Below are positions 57,760-64,000 of a DNA stretch of 64,000 nucleotides, piece by piece. A program made the translations under genes and the position numbers. Each line of letters starts with the position of its first letter. Positions within the stretch are counted from its first letter, which is position 1. Origin of the DNA: an uncultured delta proteobacterium (GTDB taxonomy: Bacteria > Desulfobacterota > WTBG01 > JAGOGO01). The notes beneath the pieces were generated by a model, which was not told the DNA's origin, made no database searches, and saw only the letters and a program-made list of their open reading frames with translations. Where the stretch lies: positions 5,127 through 69,126 of the forward strand of contig CAVSIB010000030.1 in assembly GCA_963727835.1 (NCBI GenBank), written 5' to 3'.

Positions 57760-57893
57760 GTAGAAAACAAGCTGGAACTACCCTGCCCCCCCTTTTTTTG
57801 AAAAGAGGGAGTTGGGGTAGTTAACCAAGCAATGGCATCGTGAGTTAAGAAAAAATTTGATTGCGACGAAAAGTTTTATTTACAGGAGGTGAA

Positions 57894-59186
57894 ATGCAGC
57901 TTTCTCACTATCTCAAAATATACCCCTACGAGGAAAAACCGGGGCATCTTTTGCTTTTTTCTACCAAAAAAAGTTCCGTCATTGTCATTAAGGAAGAGAC
58001 CTTTCAGGCAATAGAACAAGCTACTCTTTCCCCTTCGGATGAGGCTTTGTTATTCAAACACGGGGTGATTGTGCCGGACCGGGAAGAAGAAAAGCGGAAT
58101 ATGTTCGGGCTGTTGGATACGAAAAATACGAGGAATCCGGCCTTGAACAGTATGGTAGTTCTCAATCTGGACTGCAACTTTGCCTGTCTTTACTGTTATG
58201 AAGGTGACATGAAGGGAAATCGCTATATGTCAGATGAGACTGCTGCCCTCCTGATAGATTTAATTAAAAAGAACTTCACGGGAGAAAAGAAAAAACTGCT
58301 TATAGACTTTTATGGCGGGGAGCCCCTCCTGAGCTTAGGATTAATTAAATCAATTTCCCGTGAGTTGAGTGCCTTTACTCAGGGAAAAGGAGGTTCCTTT
58401 AATTTCACGCTGGTCAGTAATGGTGCGCTCTTTAAAAAGCAGGTAGCAGAAGAGCTTGTTCCTTTAGGGCTGGAAAGGATTAAGATTACCCTCGATGGAC
58501 CGGCTGAGGTTCATAACCAATACCGGCCTTTTAAGTCTGGAGCCGGAAGCTTTAATACCTTAATAAGAAATATCAAGGAGACCTGTGACCTGGTAAAAAT
58601 CAGCATCGGAGGAAATTTTGAAAGCCACAACTATGAACAATTTGTATCCCTCCTCGATTTTCTGATTAAGGAAGGGCTCACACCGGAGAAGATTAGTGGT
58701 ATTAAGTTCGACCCGGTTTCAAAGCGGCCAGAGGGCGATATTTCACCTGCTGACTATAAAGGCGGCTGCATGTCCATGGACGAGCCTTGGCTTATTAAGG
58801 CCTCGGAAATTTTGCGGGAAGAGATACTCAAAAGAGGCTATAACACTCCCAAAATTGCGCCAATTTTTTGTATGGTTGACAACAAAAGCTCTTTTGTGGT
58901 CAACTTCGATGGGGTCATTTATAAGTGCCCGGCCTTTATCGGCAAGGAAGGGTTCGCGGTAGGCAATGTTCAAAACGGAATTGACGATTACACGAATTCT
59001 TATAAGCTTGGCCTTTGGAAAACCAATGACGAATGTGCTGAATGTGTTTACCTGCCCCTCTGCTTTGGAGGCTGCCGATATACGAAATTTATCCAGAAAG
59101 GTAATATAGATACCTTAGACTGCCGCAAAGATTATCTTGATGCTACCCTCGAGACTTTCATTAAACAGGAGGTAAAGTTTAGGTAG
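57894..59186 (+). CDS. Radical SAM/SPASM-domain peptide maturase with an N-terminal RRE-like (PqqD-like) region
   Basis: ATG at 57894 lies after GGAGG (the ORF track starts at TTG 57861). About 90 aa precede CNFACLYC (CX3CX2C). GGEPLL is present. The C-terminus carries C-X13-G-X4-C (CMVDNKSSFVVNFDGVIYKC), then CAECVYLPLCFGGC (CX2CX5CX3C), then a later Cys (LDCRKD), which together form the full SPASM signature. Confidence 0.9.
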   Translation: MQLSHYLKIYPYEEKPGHLLLFSTKKSSVIVIKEETFQAIEQATLSPSDEALLFKHGVIVPDREEEKRNMFGLLDTKNTRNPALNSMVVLNLDCNFACLYCYEGDMKGNRYMSDETAALLIDLIKKNFTGEKKKLLIDFYGGEPLLSLGLIKSISRELSAFTQGKGGSFNFTLVSNGALFKKQVAEELVPLGLERIKITLDGPAEVHNQYRPFKSGAGSFNTLIRNIKETCDLVKISIGGNFESHNYEQFVSLLDFLIKEGLTPEKISGIKFDPVSKRPEGDISPADYKGGCMSMDEPWLIKASEILREEILKRGYNTPKIAPIFCMVDNKSSFVVNFDGVIYKCPAFIGKEGFAVGNVQNGIDDYTNSYKLGLWKTNDECAECVYLPLCFGGCRYTKFIQKGNIDTLDCRKDYLDATLETFIKQEVKFR

Positions 59187-59228
59187 GGAGCAGAAGACAG
59201 GAGGCAGATGGAAAGAGGGTGACTCTAA

Positions 59229-59450
59229 AAATGTCATTCCTGCAAAAGCAGAAATCTAGAACCAATCGAAATTACTGGACTCTCCCGAGTCAAGTTTGGG
59301 AGAGTAACAGATTGGGAATTATTAGACGTTCTCTTGATTCTTGCACGAGATCTCGGTTATAGTGAGACAAATGATTTAATGCTCCAGGTGGAGGAAGTGA
59401 GTAAACTTCTTGATGCCTATGCGAAAGCTATTCTGAATTCTGACTCCTGA
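59229..59450 (+). pseudogene. Start-less fragment resembling the C-terminus of a four-helix-bundle (23S rRNA intervening-sequence-type) protein
   Basis: The frame is open from 59229 with no start codon: ...DWELLDVLLILARDLGYSETNDLMLQVEEVSKLLDAYAKAILNSDS*. It is preceded by a degenerate gtcattcctgcaaaagcagaaatc-type hairpin element. Confidence 0.4.
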
Positions 59451-59473
59451 CGTCTGACGTCTAAATTAGTAGT

Positions 59474-60754
59474 ATGAAATTTATTGCTGATTTCCACATT
59501 CATTCCCATCTTTCCCGGGCTACCAGCCGTGAGATGAACCTTGAGAATATCTATAAGTGGGCTCAACTCAAAGGGGTAACTGTGGTGGGGACTGGAGATT
59601 TTACCAATCCCCAATGGTTTAAAGAACTCCGCGAAAAACTTGAGCCTTCTGAACCCGGCCTCTTTGTTTTAAAGCCACAGTATCGACATGCTATTGATGA
59701 GGAGATTCCTGAGTCCTGCCGAGCATTGGTGAGATTTATTCTGTCGGTAGAAATTAGCAGCATTTACAAAAAATACGAAAAGACACGTAAAGTTCATAAC
59801 CTCATCTTCTTCCCTGACCTTCGTTCTGTTTCCCGTTTAAATGCCATGCTCACAAAGGTAGGCAACCTCTCATCGGATGGAAGACCCATCCTGGGGCTGG
59901 ACAGTAAAGAGTTATTGAGAATGGCTCTTGATGCCTCTCACGAGACATATTTTGTGCCCGCCCACATCTGGACTCCTCACTTCTCGGTCTTGGGCGCAAA
60001 CAGCGGCTTTGACTCTCTTGAAGAATGCTTTGAAGAGTTAACGCCGTTGATCCACGCCGTAGAAACCGGACTGTCGTCTGATCCCCCTATGAATTGGAGG
60101 CTTTCCGGCCTGGATAACGTAACACTCATCTCTAACTCCGATGCCCATTCTCCTAATCGCATCGGCCGAGAGGCGAATATTTTTTCCGCCGAGCTTTCTT
60201 ATTTTTCTATTCTCGATGCGCTCAACAATCCAGTAAAAGGCGAGTTTTTAGGAACTATCGAATTTTTTCCCGAAGAAGGAAAGTACCACTTTGATGGTCA
60301 CCGCACTTGTGGAGAGCGGCTCTCGCCCGCGGAAACCATCAGACATGGGGGGATTTGTCCAAAGTGCGGGAAAAAAGTTACTGTGGGAGTTATGCACCGG
60401 GTTACCGAATTGGCGGATCGTCCCTTAGGCTTTGTGCCTGATGGAAAACCTACTTTTAAAAGCCTCGTCGGACTCACGGGGGTGATCAGTGAAATTTATG
60501 AAGTGGGGGGAAAAAGTAAAAAAGCCCAGAATGAATATTTACGGCTCCTGAGGCTTCTGGGAAATGAGTTATTTATTCTTATGGACTGCCCTCTGCCTAC
60601 CCTTAAAAACGCCGGTCTTTCCCTCCTTCCCGAGGCGATCAATAACGTGCGGAAAGGTGAGGTAAGCATTCTGCCTGGCTACGACGGAGAATACGGGAAG
60701 GTGAGAGTCTTTAAGGAGAAAGAGAAAAACTCAAAACAGCTGAAACTCTTTTGA
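59474..60754 (+). CDS. EndoQ-like PHP-domain nuclease (TIGR00375-type) with a C-terminal zinc ribbon
   Basis: MKFIADFHIHSHLSRATS (PHP HxH), ...NSDAHSP..., and HRTCGERL...ICPKCGKKVTVGVMHRV; 426 aa. Confidence 0.7.
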   Translation: MKFIADFHIHSHLSRATSREMNLENIYKWAQLKGVTVVGTGDFTNPQWFKELREKLEPSEPGLFVLKPQYRHAIDEEIPESCRALVRFILSVEISSIYKKYEKTRKVHNLIFFPDLRSVSRLNAMLTKVGNLSSDGRPILGLDSKELLRMALDASHETYFVPAHIWTPHFSVLGANSGFDSLEECFEELTPLIHAVETGLSSDPPMNWRLSGLDNVTLISNSDAHSPNRIGREANIFSAELSYFSILDALNNPVKGEFLGTIEFFPEEGKYHFDGHRTCGERLSPAETIRHGGICPKCGKKVTVGVMHRVTELADRPLGFVPDGKPTFKSLVGLTGVISEIYEVGGKSKKAQNEYLRLLRLLGNELFILMDCPLPTLKNAGLSLLPEAINNVRKGEVSILPGYDGEYGKVRVFKEKEKNSKQLKLF

Positions 60755-60755
60755 A

Positions 60756-62618
60756 ATGCCCCTCGATTTAAGCCTTCTGAATTCTTCTCAGCGTGAGGCG
60801 GTCACAGCTCCAGATGGTCCTTCACTGATCATCGCCGGTCCTGGAACCGGTAAAACTCTGACACTTGCCTATCGTATCGCCTATCTCATCTCCGCATTGG
60901 GAATCAACCCGGAAAAAATTTTGGCAGTAACCTTTACCACCAAAGCCGCCCAGGAGATGAAGGAGAAACTCACTAAAATCTTGCCTTCTGATTCACCCCT
61001 TACCCAGTACCTTGCTCACCTTACGGTCAGCACTCTACATGCGCTCGGCCTGTCTTTCTTACGACAGCACGGTGAGAAGGTCGGCCTGTTGCCAGATTTT
61101 CAAATACTTTCCGAATCAGAACAGGTGCAGCTGGTAAAAGAAATTCTCTCTCAGCTTATGCCTCAAGAATCACTTAACCGGGCTTTAAAATGGGTGCGAA
61201 GAATTTCCGAACACAAAAATCTTTTTGGCGATACGCCCATGGGTTGTGATCTTCAGTTGAGTCATGCTCAGGAGATATTCTCTGCATACGAGAAAAAGCT
61301 GTTGGAACGTAATCGGATAGACTTTGATGATTTAATCCTCAAACCACTCATGCTGTTGCAGGAGTTCCCTGAGGTGCGAGAAGACTACCAAAACCGGTTT
61401 AAGTATATTCTCGTAGATGAATACCAAGATCTCAATAACCCCCAGTACTTGTTTCTTAAAAAACTCTGCGGTCCGAAAACCAGTGCTTGGATTATTGGTG
61501 ATGCGGATCAGGCTATTTATGCTTTCCGGGGAGCTAATGTAGAATATTTTTTGACGTTCCAGCAGGACAATCCCCAAGCCCGACGTATTTATTTAGAAAG
61601 AAACTATCGTTCCTCTGAACCTATCCTTGCCGGTGCTTTAGCAGTGATAAAAAACAACACCAATCGTCTCCCGAACAATCTCTTCCCCTCAAATCCAGAC
61701 GGTTCGCCTATCTATCTCTTTCACGCCTCTGACCCCCGAGCTGAAGCTCGCTTTATAGTTAAAGAGATCGAAAAACTGGTCGGAGGAACCCGGATGGAAT
61801 CTCATTATGAAGAATCAGAGATGTTCGGATTCAGCGATATTGCTATCCTCTATCGCCTTCACCATCTCTCCCTTCCTTTTTCGGAAGCGCTTCAGGAATC
61901 AGGTTTCCCCTATCAGATTGTGGGAGGTCATTCCAATAATGTTGACTCTATCTCCGGGTATTTAATCCCCTTTCTGAAAGTGGTACTTAACCCTCATGAT
62001 GACCTTTCTTTTCGGGCTATCGCGCCTCACATAGATAAACACTCTGATTCTCGCGCCATGTTCCTTTCACTCATTGCCCGGTATCAGAGGGAAATTAGCA
62101 CCGTAAGCCTTGAGGCGCTGATTAAAAATATTGTTCAGGAAATGAAGATAAAAGAAAAAGATAGGTTCGAATGGCTCACCCTTGTTGAACCATTCCAGGA
62201 TGGTAGTGCTGACAAGCAGCTTCCCCATTTCTTGGAGTACATTTCGCTCTTAAAAGAGGGAGAGACTTATAACCCCAAAGCGGAAGCAGTCACACTCATG
62301 ACTGTTCATGCAGCCAAGGGTTTGGAATTCCCGGTGGTATTCATAGTGGCTCTGGAATCAGGGGTTTTCCCCTGTACCGAATTTGGAGAAGAGCCATCTG
62401 ATAAAGAAGAGGAAAGACGGCTTTTTTACGTGGGCATGACCAGAGCTCAACAAAGGCTCTACCTTTCCTTTGCCAAAGAAAGGTTTCTTTTTGGCGAAAA
62501 CCGCAAGGAACCGCCTTCACCCTTTATCTCGGAAATTCCTCAGAAAACGATCGAGAACATATCTGATCCCAGAAAGCCATCAAGACCAAAAGTCAAACAG
62601 CGCACCCTGTTTTCTTGA
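60756..62618 (+). CDS. UvrD/Rep/PcrA-family superfamily-1 helicase (short, 620 aa)
   Basis: AGPGTGKT (motif I), ILVDEYQDLN (II), TVHAAKGLEFPVVF (V) and FYVGMTRAQQRL (VI). It starts 2 nt after the preceding stop. Confidence 0.88.
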   Translation: MPLDLSLLNSSQREAVTAPDGPSLIIAGPGTGKTLTLAYRIAYLISALGINPEKILAVTFTTKAAQEMKEKLTKILPSDSPLTQYLAHLTVSTLHALGLSFLRQHGEKVGLLPDFQILSESEQVQLVKEILSQLMPQESLNRALKWVRRISEHKNLFGDTPMGCDLQLSHAQEIFSAYEKKLLERNRIDFDDLILKPLMLLQEFPEVREDYQNRFKYILVDEYQDLNNPQYLFLKKLCGPKTSAWIIGDADQAIYAFRGANVEYFLTFQQDNPQARRIYLERNYRSSEPILAGALAVIKNNTNRLPNNLFPSNPDGSPIYLFHASDPRAEARFIVKEIEKLVGGTRMESHYEESEMFGFSDIAILYRLHHLSLPFSEALQESGFPYQIVGGHSNNVDSISGYLIPFLKVVLNPHDDLSFRAIAPHIDKHSDSRAMFLSLIARYQREISTVSLEALIKNIVQEMKIKEKDRFEWLTLVEPFQDGSADKQLPHFLEYISLLKEGETYNPKAEAVTLMTVHAAKGLEFPVVFIVALESGVFPCTEFGEEPSDKEEERRLFYVGMTRAQQRLYLSFAKERFLFGENRKEPPSPFISEIPQKTIENISDPRKPSRPKVKQRTLFS

Positions 62619-62661
62619 AAACTAACTGAAAAACAAAACATTAATCGTCAAAGGAGGAGCA

Positions 62662-63000
62662 ATGATTATAAGACACTATCAAGAGGTAAAAGCAGAGCCG
62701 GTTACTGATGCTGGTGCAGAAAAGGCGAGCGTCAGATGGGTTATCGCTGAAAAAGACGGAGCGAAAAATTTTTTCATGCGAGTATTCGAGATTGAGCCAG
62801 GCGGTTATACCCCGTTACATCACCATCCCTGGGAACACGAAATGTTTGTCTGTGCGGGTAAAGGCTGTGCGGTTCAAGAAGGAAAAGAAGTTTCCCTTAA
62901 TCAAGGATCAGTGGTATTCATTCCTTCAAACGAAGAACACCAAATTAAACATACCTCTCAGGAATCTTTTGCCTTTATTTGCCTTATACCTGAACACTAA
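62662..63000 (+). CDS. Cupin-2 domain protein
   Basis: G.YTPLHHHPWEHEMFVCAGKG...IPSNEEHQ cupin motifs; 112 aa, with a GGAGG RBS. Confidence 0.8.
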   Translation: MIIRHYQEVKAEPVTDAGAEKASVRWVIAEKDGAKNFFMRVFEIEPGGYTPLHHHPWEHEMFVCAGKGCAVQEGKEVSLNQGSVVFIPSNEEHQIKHTSQESFAFICLIPEH

Positions 63001-63672
63001 TCATTTTTCTATCTTTCCCGAGACCTCCCAGTGTCGGTCGCTGCACATTGTCACTTCTAAGCCATGAAGGCCTGCTTGCGCAAGATGCTCTCTTATTTCA
63101 GCGACAGTGAATGAAGCCTTAAGAGAATGAAAGAAGAGGTCTTTTAAAAGCTGTGGTTCGGTTCCCGAATATTTTTCAACAATACCCCGGGAAGCTTCGA
63201 CGGTTAATGGTCGTGAAAGGTCGCGGATAAGAACAGTACCACCAGTTTTACAGACCCTTCGAATCTCCTCCCAAAAAGGACGCGGATCAAGGAGGTGATG
63301 GACAAGGCTATTGGAGATAACAACATCCAAGCTGTTGGGGGGAAAATTTATCTTTTTTGCATCGCCCTGTACGAAATGAATTGTATTTTGCAGTCCTTGT
63401 TCACTTATCCGCTTAACTGCCAAGGCAATCATTGCTTGCGAGCCATCAACCCCGAGGAGAAGAAATTTGGAGGCCTTCGTATGGATGCGCATTAAAATAT
63501 CGCCCGGTCCACAGCCACAATCAAGCAGGACACCAGAAGGCTGGGTAACCAGCTCTAATACCCGGTTGGCAAACGCCTGGTTTACCTCAGAGAAGTCCGC
63601 CAAGTTATAAACTGTGGCCTCCTCTTCTGCTCCCATTATTTCTGGTTCCGGAATTCTTTCCATGTTTAGCAT
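63001..63672 (-). CDS. Class I SAM-dependent methyltransferase
   Basis: Motif I VLLDCGCGPGD and the typical N-terminus M(LN)MERIPEPEIM. The ORF-track start at 63783 adds an unlikely 37-aa extension. Confidence 0.82.
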   Translation of the reverse strand: MLNMERIPEPEIMGAEEEATVYNLADFSEVNQAFANRVLELVTQPSGVLLDCGCGPGDILMRIHTKASKFLLLGVDGSQAMIALAVKRISEQGLQNTIHFVQGDAKKINFPPNSLDVVISNSLVHHLLDPRPFWEEIRRVCKTGGTVLIRDLSRPLTVEASRGIVEKYSGTEPQLLKDLFFHSLKASFTVAEIREHLAQAGLHGLEVTMCSDRHWEVSGKIEK

Positions 63673-64000
63673 AAAGTGAATCGATTTCTTACTTCTTGTG
63701 TATCGATCTTCACTGAGGGCTGCACCTGAACGAAAATAAGAAAGTGGGAAAGTTATTAAAGAATAAACGTTCAAAGTTTGCAACCCCTTAAAGTTTTAAA
63801 AGCTTATTATAATAAAAGAATGATGTCAATGGATGAAGGACATTTTTACTTGACCTGAATAGGAATCTGGCATAATCTTCCGTTATGTAAATTTGACATA
63901 TCGCTTTTTTTGCAACTCTTACGCATGAGAAAAAGGGAACCGTTCATTTTTCGCTTTCAAAGGGAGACCGTTATGACAAAAAGAATTACTAGGTTTTTTA

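Noticed and set aside
63973-64000. Possible gene start (GGGAG-7 nt-ATG ACA AAA AGA...) running off the right edge of the window
   Set aside because: Only nine codons are visible, which is too little to support a call.

Overview
This is a chromosomal segment from what looks like an anaerobic, diderm bacterium. Supporting genes are lgt/lspA, a TonB-dependent receptor, an MltD-like lipoprotein, NfnAB, a CooC-like ATPase, FdhE and several radical SAM enzymes. Most of the window is housekeeping: ileS-lspA-lgt, plsY, hsp20, a GDP-mannose/GDP-fucose set (manC, manB, gmd, fcl), hpt, the yceD-rpmF-fabD-fabG-acpP-fabF cluster, rpiB, dCMP deaminase, rnz, pepA and polX.

The stand-out feature lies at 56.1-59.2 kb. 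Nine letter-identical tandem copies of a 166-bp unit each carry their own Shine-Dalgarno site and a 34-codon gene (MKEERIIIIDEGIDEVNPDGWQACCWGPLFAFRG). They are followed by a hairpin plus U-tract and then a radical SAM/SPASM enzyme with an N-terminal RRE-like domain. I read this as an amplified-precursor RiPP locus that I cannot assign to a named family. It sits beside a TonB-dependent receptor and diverges from a substrate-binding protein and hybrid histidine kinase pair.

The second theme is gene decay:
- an IS630-family element inserted, with a reconstructable TA target, into a zinc-ribbon/PilZ gene;
- frameshifts in gmd, an MBL-fold hydrolase, a nuoE-like gene and a VanZ-like gene;
- deletion remnants of a molybdopterin oxidoreductase (FdhA-like) and of an aldehyde:ferredoxin oxidoreductase.

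Other points worth a look are an EndoQ-like PHP nuclease translationally coupled to a short UvrD-like helicase, a perfect 18-bp palindrome at a TetR promoter, an acyl-CoA dehydrogenase where plsX-fabH normally sit, and an orphan minus-strand terminator in a gene-free gap. All calls come from reading the sequence and ORF track by eye; no searches were run.
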